A DNA stretch of 64,000 nucleotides, taken from positions 62,001 to 126,000 of the forward strand of contig JAPEUD010000011.1 in assembly GCA_026026165.1 (NCBI GenBank), read 5' to 3'. The translations under genes were made by a program, and so were the position numbers. The DNA is from Sarea resinae. Its lineage: Eukaryota. The notes under the pieces are model-generated. The model had not been told where the DNA came from, did not search any database, and worked only from the letters and a program-made list of their open reading frames with translations. This document shows positions 25,577-36,817 of this stretch, one piece after another (positions within the stretch are counted from its first letter, which is position 1; each line of letters begins with the position of its first letter).

Positions 25577-27573
25577 ATGTCCGGCTCCAAGCTTATTACT
25601 TCGTCAATCCACGGTCTTCGAAGGCCTCTAGGTGCCCCCGGCCGCTTGTCGCAAGCTCCTGTGGCTGCGAGCAGTTGGCGATCTGGATGCAGGAGGTTCC
25701 TGACGACATCGAGAGATGAAGAAGGAAAATCATTCAAGGGCCAGCTGTATGATAGCACCGCGCAAAGAGTGAGGCGCGAGCGAGAGGAGCAACGAAGATT
25801 TGCGCATGAAAGATCGGAGAGCAGTGGCGGAAGAAATGCTGCCCTCACGTTCGGTCAGCAATCGATTGTTTACCATTTCAAGCCAATCGCTGACAGGATC
25901 ACAGTCATTCTCTCGTCTTCCCTGGGATGCTATTGGCTCGGGTCTCTCAATCCTACTGCCCCTTCAGATAAATCGACGACTCCTCTAGTGGCCGCTGAAC
26001 CGCCTCATCACAACATTGCACCTACGAACCTACAAGCGGCCTGGGCAGACTTTGTGGAAATCGTAGGCGAGGAGAATGTCTCCACGCAGGAGAGTGATAT
26101 TCGGAATCACTCGGGCAGCGAATGGTCTTCTTATGCCGCTCCCGAGGACGATCGGCCCTTCGCCATTGTGCTCCCAGGCTCGACTGAGGAGGTAAGCAAG
26201 GTCGTCAAAGTCTGCCATCAACGGCGAATACCTATCACTGCCTACTCCGGCGGCACCAGCCTCGAGGGACACTTTTCGGCCACGAGAGGAGGCATCTGTG
26301 TTGATTTCTCGAGGATGGATAAGATCTTGACCGTGCACAAGGATGATCTGGACGCGATCGTTCAGCCGGCTGTAGGTTGGGAAACCCTCAATGAGGTGCT
26401 GGCAAAGGAGGGGCTTTTCTTCCCACCGGACCCCGGACCGGGTGCAATGATCGGCGGCATGGTCGGGACGGGATGTTCAGGGACAAACGCCTACCGATAC
26501 GGGACAATGAGAGACTGGGTGCTCTCTTTGACCGTCGTGCTAGCAGATGGCACCATTATCAAGACTAGGCAGAGACCAAGGAAGTCTAGTGCCGGCTACG
26601 ATCTGACAAGGACATTCATCGGAAGTGAAGGCACGCTTGGCTTGGTCACGGAGGCCACTCTGAAGCTCACCGTCAGGCCTAAGAACGAAAGCGTGGCTGT
26701 GGCGACCTTTCCCACGGTGAGAGACGCGGCAAATTGCGTGGCCAGAGTTGTTGGCGAGGGTGTCCCCATCGCGGCGATTGAGGTGCTAGACGACGTACAA
26801 ATGAAATGCATCAATCACAGTGGATCGACAAGTCGCAGCTGGAAAGAAGTGCCAACGTTGTTCTTCAAATTCTCGGGCACCCCGACAGCCGTCAAAGAGC
26901 ACATTGGCCTTGTACAGAAGTTGGCCAAGTCGAAAGGCAGCCAGTCGTTTGACTTTGCAAAAAGCGCAGAGGAAGCGAGTGAGCTTTGGAGCGCCAGAAA
27001 AGAGGCCCTATGGAGTGTCATAGCCATGAAGCAACGGGACGGCGATCATGTGTGGACGACAGATGTAGCCGTGCCTATCAGCAAACTCCCAGACATCATC
27101 GAGCAGACCAAGGAGGATATGACGAAGAGCGGGCTCCTAGGCGCCATCGTCGGCCATGCAGGAGACGGCAACTTTCATTGTAAGAACCAGTTACCGGTGC
27201 TGGCGAATCCTAGAGATATGGCTAACGGTCGCAGCAATCATTCTCTACAATGACAATGAGCGCAAGGTGGTGGACGACCTCGTGCATCGCATGGTCAAGC
27301 GTGCCATCGAGATGGAGGGCACCGCGACTGGGGAGCATGGTGTCGGCCTTATTAAGAGAGACTACCTCAGCCACGAGTTGGGCGAGACTACGGTCGATTT
27401 GATGAGAAAGGTAGGCAGAGCTATACGAGGGCTTCCACCTATCTCCACGCGTCTAGTCGCTGACAGATTCTTCTCCACAGATGAAACAGGCATTTGATCC
27501 TCTATGCCTGCTGAACTGTGACAAGATCGTTCGGGTCCAGAAGCCAGAACCTGGCGAGATTCAGGAGTGGTGA
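25577..27573 (+). CDS. DLD1: Mitochondrial D-lactate dehydrogenase (cytochrome), FAD-linked oxidase
   Basis: Exons 25577-25853, 25905-27179, 27235-27410, 27481-27573. It has an Arg-rich presequence, GGTSLEGH, FFPPDPGPGAMIGGM, RKSSAGYDL, GHAGDGNFH, TGEHGVG and FDPLCLLNCDK. Confidence 0.95.
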
Positions 27574-27892
27574 AGGCTACTTTAATCTTGGAATTGTCTT
27601 TGTGTTTGAGCGCAAGTCAAATTCGTGTGAAATATTACGACAATTGAATCCTAGGCTCCTCATGAAGTTACAAGGAACACGTCCAGGCAGGCGCAAGTAA
27701 CATTTATATTTGAAATGTGGCTTTTCCTACTACTCCTTTCCAGATGCCGTGTACAGTGAAACGCCGATTCCAACGCCCGAGTATGATCAAGGTGTCCTGT
27801 AGTCTTTCTTCACCACTTCCACCTGCCCTCGGAGACGCCCCCTTCACTTCCGCTCTCTTGGTTCTCTCCTCAATACACAGACGATCCCATTC

Positions 27893-28337
27893 CTACATCG
27901 AGGCCTTCGCGCGATCCCGTTCAGCAGGGTTGTATCTATCACCATCGCAAGTCAGTATCGACCGTGTACCTGACGGGGAACGCTCAAGCTCGAATGAGGC
28001 ACGAAAGAGAGCATACCGTAGGAGCTTCTCGATCAGATCGACGTGGGTCATGAGCATGCGACGGCAGCAATAGCGCTTGCATCCCAGTTGATCCATAGCA
28101 TCACTGCCGGGCACGACCGAAGTCAGTACTTGTCCCGCGAGACATGCTAGTTGAAGCCAAGAGGACTTGGGCTCTTACCCGTCATTCTCGCCCTCATCGA
28201 GGAGCTTCAGGTAGCGCTCCCATAGGTCTCCGATCACCTTTTCGGCCCCAATGTGTTAGCTTGGTGGTGGAAGATGGGATGCGCCGGGTTTTCGTTCTCA
28301 CCTTGCCGCACGAGAAGCAACGAACGGGGATGATCAT
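27893..28337 (-). CDS. RPB10: RNA polymerases I/II/III shared subunit RPABC5 (Rpb10)
   Basis: Exons 28337-28302, 28237-28179, 28103-28017, 27935-27893 give [74 protein letters not shown]. Confidence 0.98.
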
Positions 28338-28671
28338 GATGGCGGATTGAGGGCAAAGCACAGAGAATCAAGTGCTTCTTTGTTGCCCTTCTTGGCAGAT
28401 GGGAGTCTAATCGTAGAGGAATAGCGTGCGGCGATGGTTGTCCTGTGTCCTGCGTCCTCGAAGCTGGACTCAAAAAATCAAGAGAGTACGGTATCAGCGC
28501 TGCGAGCGGACGGAAGTTACCGCAGATCACACTAGGCGATGTAGAGAAACACGAACTTTTTGAGCCAAACCACGATACACGATCCTCTGTACTTGAAATT
28601 TATTTGCGACTTTGCTACCTGCACGGCTTCTAGATACGACGGTCGCCTTGTCGAGGAATCATCCGACAATC
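28338..28671. promoter_or_regulatory. Probable bidirectional promoter between RPB10 and UTP17
   Basis: 334 bp separate the two divergent ATGs. Inferred from gene arrangement only. Confidence 0.6.
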
Positions 28672-31600
28672 ATGTCCTCACAGAAGAAAAGAAAGAATAC
28701 CGTGGTCGACGGTGCCACGGATCATTCTGGAGGACAAGATGCAGTGAAACGGGTGAAGCGTGAAGGAACTTCCAAAGCAGAAGACGTCAGGTTTCAAGAT
28801 GCGGCCACCCTCGCGAATGGGACGTCGAATGAGGACAAAGCGCTGTCGAAGATTGAAGGAAGTCAGCTGGAGGGTAACGAAGGAAAGCAAAAGACCAAGA
28901 AGCAGAAGGATCATCGCTCTTCTACGGCGCCGTGGAAGCTATCCGAGCCCATTGGAGGGAAGTTCACCAACACTGATCCGTTGTTCACCGAGGATGAGAA
29001 GTATGACCCGCCTGCCTAGAGGCCCGTATTTGATGGACTGTTGAATTGATTTGGTTCCTAGATATCTCATCCTCGCAAAGGAGAGCGCGATACAGATCTA
29101 CTCCACCTCTACATCTCTCCTGGTCAGGAACCTCTCCGTAGGCGGCACTCAGACTATCACCGGATACGTTCTGTCGCCTAATAGGCCAGACACTTTGTAT
29201 GTCTCGACTGTATCTGGGCTAATCTTCCACTGGGATTGGGTCGAGGGGAAGAGACTGGGCCGGTGGGATATTGGCTCTCGCATCTATGGCCTCGGAACTC
29301 CTTCCAGGGGTCCAGATACGCCTGACGAAGACGTAGTCTATACCTTGGATAAGAAGAAGGAGAAGTGGATGATCACGGCGCACAAGCTCAGAAGTGGAGC
29401 AGAGGCATCAAAGACAGAGCTTGCAACGATCTGGAAGTCGACGAAACCTCTGACAGCATTCAAGATCGTCCAAGGGGGAAAGGTCATTGTCGCTACTGGC
29501 GGGGAGCGGCTCATGATCGGGGTTACAGAACGAACTGATTCTACTAGCCTGAGCAAGTTGAAATATGTGTGGAGAGAGTTTGCGTCTACTGAACGAATCA
29601 CTTGCCTGGACGTTCGAGAATCGTCTAGCACCCCTCGGGCGGGTAATTCGAAGAAATCAAAGGCAAAATCAAGCCCTTCGATTGATGTCGTGGTCGGAGG
29701 TCTGAAAGGCGCCATCTTCGTTCACGAGGATCTACTCAATAAGCTCATCCAGAGAGAGCGGCCGGATAAGTCCAACGAGTCGGGTAAAATGGCTCCAAGC
29801 CAACTACATTGGCATAGGGAAGCGGTTGCCTCTGTCAAGTGGTCTTTAGATGGTCCGTTATTCTGTGAGGATAGTCTAGAAAGACTTGCTAATTCTATGT
29901 ACAGGCAACTATATCATCTCTGGTGGATCTGAGACAGTACTCGTCCTGTGGCAGGTTGAGACGGGTCGACACCAATATCTCCCCCATCTCTCGACCGCAA
30001 TCGAGAGCGTGGTGGTTTCACCCTCGGGCTCTTCCTATGGAATTCGTCTCGCCGACAATTCAGCCATGGTGCTTTCAACTACCGAATTAAAACCCAAAGC
30101 TAATGTAGCTGGGATCCAGATCCGGTCTTCGAAGACCGAGCTATATCCAAAAGGCCAAATGGGGACCCTGCTCAAAACTGTAGACTCTTTGGAGTCGGCA
30201 GCGAACGACATTGCAGGACCGGACCTCTCAGCAACACCAGCAGCTATCAGCCCGCTGAATCCTAGTCAGATCCTGCTGGCTGTTCCGGCTTCGCAGTCAG
30301 GCTCGTCTTCTGGCAGAACAAATGCCCCTTATCTACAGACGTTTGATTTCTCGTCGTCTCACCATGTCTCCCGCCAGGCTATAACACGTACAAACGCGAC
30401 CACGCTTAACATTGGGCCAGAGGCGAACAAAATCGGCGAGCCTGATGTCAAGCTTTTAAGCGTGAGCCACGACGGTCAATGGCTAGCTACTGTAGATGAA
30501 TGGGTGCCTCCAAGACGTGATGTCGAACCGCTCACGCTCGATGCCCTGGATACAGCAGATGAGCAGAATCGTCGGCGAGAAGTATTTCTCAAGTTCTGGG
30601 CTTGGAAGGCGGAGACCAAAGATTGGGAACTCGTCACTCGAGTTGATGCACCCCATGCATGCCTCAAGAACAGATCAGGGGGTGCCGCTGGACGCGTGCT
30701 CGATCTGGTCACGGATCCTGTCTCTCAGAGGTTTGCAACAGTGGGCGAAGATGGCGTGGTCAGGATGTGGGAGCCTCGCACGAGATACCGTGATGGTGTT
30801 GTCGTTAGGGGACGGAATGCCGAGGCTTTGGTTAATTGGAGCTGTCGCCATACAGTGGAGCTGGAATGCCCGACATCTGTCGAGGAGTACAATAGCAACA
30901 AGCCAACCCCTAGCAATACGAACGCAAACGAGTTCATCACGGCCTCCCTAGCCTTCTCACCCGACGGTTCCCTCCTCGCAGCCGCGGTCCAGCTCATCCC
31001 CTCACAATCCCCACTTATCCACCTCATCGACGCCACGGCCATCCGCTCCATCTACACCTTTCCCATTCTCACCACCGGCCCCCTGACAACTATGGCATTC
31101 ACGTCGCGCCACCTGATTATCGTCTCGGACGCGTTGATCCTCTGGGACGTCGTCACCAACGCTCTGCACTTTGGTTTCTCGTTACGCCCGACGCCAAACC
31201 TGACACCCGCCCAACGGAAAAGCATGACGCACCTCGCCGTGCACCCTCAGGCATCTACGTTTGCGCTTGCACTGCCCACGGGCTCATCACAGCAGCATCC
31301 CCATCCGCACCTCGCGGTCTTCGATCCCGAGTCTCCCGTGCCGCTCTGGACGACATCGCTGCCTAGACCGCTGACCGCGCTCCTGCCGTCCCGGGTACAA
31401 GGAGGCAAAGGGTACGTGGCGCTGGACTCGGCGGCCGAGATCCGCATGCTGAGTCCGCGCGTCGGCGGCGGTGAACGAGAGATTGAGATGGTGGGGCCGA
31501 TGGTCAAGGGCGAGGAGTCGCTTCGCGGCATCGAGGCCATCTATGGCGCTGGTGGTGGTGAGGATGTCAGCGAGGAAAAACGAGAACGTCAAGATACCGA

Positions 31601-31877
31601 TATGGTGGATATCTCGCATCCAGCAGACGACGACGATGACGACGAGGGCGCAGTCCTCAAGCAGGAGCCAGACGATGATGGTGCCGCTGCCGCTGCTGCC
31701 ACTACCGACGTGACCGCGAGCAAAGATGACAGGCCCGTGGTGCGGCCGGCGCAGCTCCGGACCATCTTCGACGTCGCGCCCGCCTTTGCGCTCCCGGCCG
31801 TCGGCGACCTCTTCGAGCAGGTCGTCGGGCTCCTGGGTCGCCGGAAAGCGGCGCCCGTGCCCGTGCCCGTCGCCTGA
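28672..31877 (+). CDS. UTP17: WD-repeat U3 snoRNP/t-UTP subunit Utp17 (Nan1/WDR75)
   Basis: Exons 28672-29000, 29062-29852, 29905-31877. It carries LHWHREAVASVKWSLDGNYIISGGSETVLVLWQ..YLPHL, DGQWLATVDEW, LKFWAW and the C-terminal FDVAPAFALPAVGDLF. Confidence 0.88.
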
Positions 31878-31959
31878 TGGCTTTGCTTTCGCTTGGTGAT
31901 GTCTGTTTGCGGTTGGTGTGTGGGTGGGGTTTGTGGAGTGGAGGCGTTGGCGTTGTATG

Positions 31960-33200
31960 TGTGTGTGTGTCTCTCTCTGTGTGTGTATGTATCGATGGAG
32001 GTCAAGCAGATGAGAGAAACAGGGGCAGGCCCTGGAAAAGTGGTCGCCCGAAACGGTGGAAATAGTGGGAAACGGTGGGCGTGGGCTAGGGTCGAAAGAG
32101 AGTCGTAGTTGTGAATAGGTAGGTAGGTAGTTTGATGATTCGAAAGGAAACCAAGGAACGTTTCTTACAAGTCTGATCAGTCTATTAGTAGAGGTCGAGG
32201 AAGAGTAGAAGAGTAGGAGAGTAGGAGAGCAGAAGAGCAGAAGAGCAGAAGAGCAAAAGAGCAAGACCGTATAAAAGCACCAAACAGTATAATAATAGCA
32301 CAATCACACACACACGCACGCACGCTATCTAAGAAAAGAAAAGAAAAGAAAACACAACACAACACAACACAAAACAAAACTTTGGAAAAATAAGTCCGGG
32401 AGAAAGAAACAGAGAGGCTCCAAGTCTCTACGACGTTGTAAGAAACTTTGATTGTGTGCTAGGATTCCTCTCCTCTTTTTTTCCTTCCTCTCCTCTTTTT
32501 TTTCTCTCTCTCTCTCTCCTCTCTCTCTCTCTTTCTTTTGTGTTTTCTACGAGACGTGTAAAGCGTGATTATTTCATTGAATCTTCTATTTATATATGTG
32601 TGTATATATATATATATACACGTGTGTTTTTTTTTAGTCTAGGCAGCTAGAAGATAGAAGATAGGTCGCTTTAAAGACACCCTGATACCTTACCTATATA
32701 GGTATATAGTGTAGTATAGTAGCTAGAAGGAAGATATGATGGAGGGATTAGGGAGAGACTAGAGAGATTAAGAGGAGATTAGAAGAGATTAGAAGAGATT
32801 AGAAGAGGGAGATTAGGTGGTGGTGGTGGTGGTGGTGGTGGGAGTAGTAGTTAATAGTCTAGCTACCTTGGTAGAAATCTTTCAATGCTAGACTAGAGAC
32901 AGACAGAGAGATAGAGAGAGAGAGAGAGAAGGTCGTCTCTACCCTTTTCTGTTCTTTTCGCATTTATTTTCTAGGCTAGCAAAGATAGATAGGTGGATAG
33001 GTAGATAGATATCTAGCCCAGCCAGACCAACCAACCAACCAACCAACCAACAGACAAGAAAAAGCCCGTTTCATTCGTCCAGCGAGTGCTCGATCAGACT
33101 GCAGGCCAGAGCCAGCTGCTTCGACAGGGCATCGATCTGTGGGGTGTGCATCAGCCAGCCAGCCAGCCAGTCAGTCAGTCAGTCAGTCAGTCAGTCAAGA
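31960..33200. repeat. AT-rich compound microsatellite island 2, extending into thioesterase intron 2
   Basis: Contains (GT)n, (AGAAGAGC)n, (AAAAG)n, (ACACA)n, (CT)n, (TA)n, (GGT)n at ~32815-32841, (GA)n, (CCAA)n and (CAGT)n. Confidence 0.85.
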
Positions 33201-34412
33201 AGAGGCATGCTGTTCGCTGAGCTGAGCTGAGCTCGATGGTGGATGTGCTTGTGTTTTGTGTTTGTGTATATTGGTGTCTGTATGTATTGCTGGTGGGTTG
33301 TCTTAAGGGGGGAGGTGTAGAGCTTATTTGCGGACACGTTGAAGTGGTCTGCCGAAAAACAAAAAGGGAGACAAGGAGGGATCAGGGCGTAGATCCAATC
33401 AAGCAGCATAGGCATGACGACGTAGAAAGCACAGAAACAAAAGAAGAGCAGGCCAAAGCCAATCGAAAAAATACTCACGTGCTCGTCATCGAAGATGTCG
33501 AAATGATGGCCCGGCACGTCCAGCACCGTGCGCACGAGCTCCATCTCGCCGTCCTCCCAGCCCAGAGCGCGCTTGGTGTCGCGCGTGCTGTCGACGCCCT
33601 GGTCGCGCGTCGGTTGGATCGACGCTGGCACGCGGTCGGTGGCGCGGATCAGGATGGTGTGGGGGGCGGGTGTGGGCGTCGTGGTTGTGTTGGTGGTGTT
33701 GTCGTTGGTGTTGGCGTTGCTGCTATCGTTGACGATTTCGGGCCTCGACACCCACGCCGCCGCGCTCAGGGGCGCCGTATACGACCGCAGCATCTCGACG
33801 GCTGCGCTCATGTTCCCCTGACTCAGCTGGCGCATTTGCGCATTGGTGCGCGCGTGGAACTGCAAGGTGGGCGCCGAGGCCGTCACGGCGCGGTTGTTGG
33901 GACACAGGCTGTCGATGAGGATCAGACCTGCGATGGTGATGGGCGCTGTAGCGGATGTTGTGGCTGGTGAGGCAGGAGAAGTAGACGCCGGCGGCGAAGG
34001 GCTAGTTTGGAGGAGGCGCGCGACTTCGAGCGAGAGGATGCCGCCCAGAGACCAGCCTGTTTCGAGTCCCCGCGCATGAGCACTCGTGAAGCTGGGAATA
34101 ACAATTACAAACGACGGGACCACGCCGAGATGCGCCGCCTCACGTACCTCCCAGAAGGATAGCGCCCCCGCGCGGTTGGGTCGCCGCTATCAGCCGCGCA
34201 TATTCGCGGGCCATGGCCGCGATGCCGCCCTCCCAGCGTCCACCGCTCTCGAACTGCGGATTGTAGATGCCATAGACGGGCCGAGAGAGGGGGTTGAGGA
34301 GGTAGTACTGGACGATGGTGCCGCCGCCGTCGTGGATGAGATAGAGGGGCAGAGCAGATGTGGATTTGGTGGGGGAGGATTGGATCAGGCAAGGGTTGGG
34401 AAGGCTTTGCAT
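33071..34412 (-). CDS. Stand-alone thioesterase (PKS/NRPS TE-like alpha/beta hydrolase)
   Basis: Exons 34412-34148, 34056-33479, 33136-33071. It has PLYLIHDGGG, the nucleophile elbow GWSLGG (formed across intron 1), LILIDS, LGWE and the catalytic His in PGHHFDIF. Confidence 0.88.
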
Positions 34413-36817
34413 TGTTGGTGGAGGTTTGTTGTCTGGTCAAGACGCTGGGTGGGTCGATATGACACTGTTTGGTTTCGAAATGGTATAGATCATAACAAAC
34501 GGTGTTTGTCTGGCAGCCGTGCTCGGCGAGAGGATCGGAAAAGACGGCCGGCATCTCCAAGCGTAGCCTGGCCTCGGACTCGGCCAATACCAATGACCCT
34601 CAATCACCGACTTGAAGACAAAGTCGAGAAATATTACTTGACGTTGAACTTCTGGTAGGCAGCAAGCAAGCATGTCAGAGGCACGGCCAGGCAGAGGGAT
34701 CATCGACATGTCATGTCGTCGTCTGGCCATGGCCGACCCGTTTTTTCCACGAGTTGTCCAACGTCGGCGCGAGCCACGCCGCCGCACGGCATGGCATTGC
34801 ATGAGGGAAGGTCGGAAGGATCCAAGGCTGAATTGACAGTGGTACCGGCTGTGAGAAGAGCCCTCTCGATTATTGGGCTCTCGGTCTCTACAGTCTATCG
34901 CGTGCCACGCCTCTGGTGTGCCGTGTGGTGGGACGAGGGAGATGCTTTTGATGGAAGGGATGGAGAGCCCGAAGTCTACCAAGTCTACGAATACATACAC
35001 ATGCGGTGTCATGATAGCCATGGCAGAGTGTCTGCCATGTCTGCCATGTGAGATCTGAACCTTATCTGCGGGAGCTCTTGAAGATGTTGGATCCCTTGGA
35101 CGCCAGCAGGATGATGAGTGTATCACCCGAATCACGACCGCATCGAACAGAGCAGACGCACATGCTCCTCGCACCACCGTCCGCTGCGAAGCGCAAGCGC
35201 ATGCGCATCGTGGCAGAAGCCCGAGGCGCAAAGGGCGGCACTGCTGAGGTCCAACCCGCCCCACGTCCTGCAGTAGATGATATCGAGTGGCCCATCTGTG
35301 GCCCATCTGATGGCTTACATAGTATTTACATAGTATGCAGTGTCTCCAGGGTCAGGCAGAGCGAGCGATGCAGACATCGATGCAGCCATGTCTGCATTGC
35401 GTAGTCCGAACGTAGAGCTCCCTCTCTACCCTGTACCATCGCTGGAGAGGCCGAGAGGGCGACGGTGCGGGTCAAGCCCCGAGCTCGAGGCACGGTCCAG
35501 GTGTTGAATGGGCCCTTTTTGCCGGCGCCACTCATACTATGGAGAAGTGCGTGTTGGGTCCGTCGATAGATAGACTCGACCACCGACTCCAAGCAAGTTC
35601 TCGACGCCATCTGTCAACGGCGGGTGGGATCCTCCTCCATGGCTCCTGTGCGGGAGGCCGCGATACAGGGCGGTGATCCTGTCCCGTTCGGAGCCATGGA
35701 CCGCCCCTCCCATGCCCTATGGGGTCAAGCTCGACTGCGTTTCAGCACGATGCCCGACCAAGGGCCGGCCGCGAAGACCCCGTTGTGGGGACGAAGACGC
35801 ACTACTATAGTACGAAGCCTACGAAGCCTAAAATCCCGGCGGGCGCTTAACCGTGAGGATCTCGTGGGCCCGAGGGGACAGAGGAGCCCTCTCTCCGCTT
35901 GTGACTGGTGGCAGGCCCAACTCTCGTCCCGCAGCCGAGCACTTTCGTAGTCTGGATGTGGAGGGGGGGGGGGGCAGAGAAGGAGACAGAGAACGGATGG
36001 TCACACCGCTGCAGTCGCCGTCTTGGTGATGGTGAACAGAGTGCTCATGGATCGAAGAGGTTGTCCCTTGCCATGCCATCTCTTGCCATGCCATCCACTG
36101 CCATCCATCTGACATGCCCTTGATGGATGCGCACGACTACTTCTTCCTACAGAGTACTACAGTAGAGTGGAGGAGAGTACCTAGATGTAGTAGCGTACGG
36201 TACCTAGGGAAGTAGATGCCACCTTCTATTCATTCGCTTTCCCTCTGTCATCCTCATCATCGATCCGTACAGAGTCGACGATGGCTCGAGAATGTGCGTA
36301 TTAGCTATGCGATATGGGGGTCGTCGACCCCTTCGACCCTTCGGGTTGCGTGTGCGGCACGGCGGACAGCATGCACACTGATCTGTATACGACGTAACTT
36401 CGTACTTGATCGTCCCTCCTGTTGGCGGTGATATTTCTTGACCACCCGTAAGAATGATAGTATTACAGTAGCTCTCAAAGATAATATCCCCTTTGATTTT
36501 CTATCCACTGTGCTCTGTTGGAGCCGGTCGACCCTCAAGACTGAAGAGAACAGCTTGGACGTGCGACGACCCCGAGTCGCTCCATGCCGCATCGTTTCCT
36601 AGTCCTCGGCGGTCTCTGATCGGCGGCCGTTCTATATTCAGCTCGCTCACGGAGCGAACGCGCATCGCGACCTCGACCAGGCGGGGACTTTCTCGCATCG
36701 AACCTCGAACCTCGAACCTCGAACCTCGAACTTCCTCTCAACCTCCAGCTTCCATTCCATCCATCGATCCGCCCCCTCGGATGGAAAGGGCACGCCGTGC
36801 GACTTGTTCTCGTTCTG

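Noticed and set aside
25854..25904. In-frame, stop-free introns in DLD1, the first SDR (6221-6274) and RPB10 (27936-28016) read through by the ORF track
   Set aside because: Each has canonical splice signals, and short 3n stop-free introns are expected by chance. Treated as ordinary introns.
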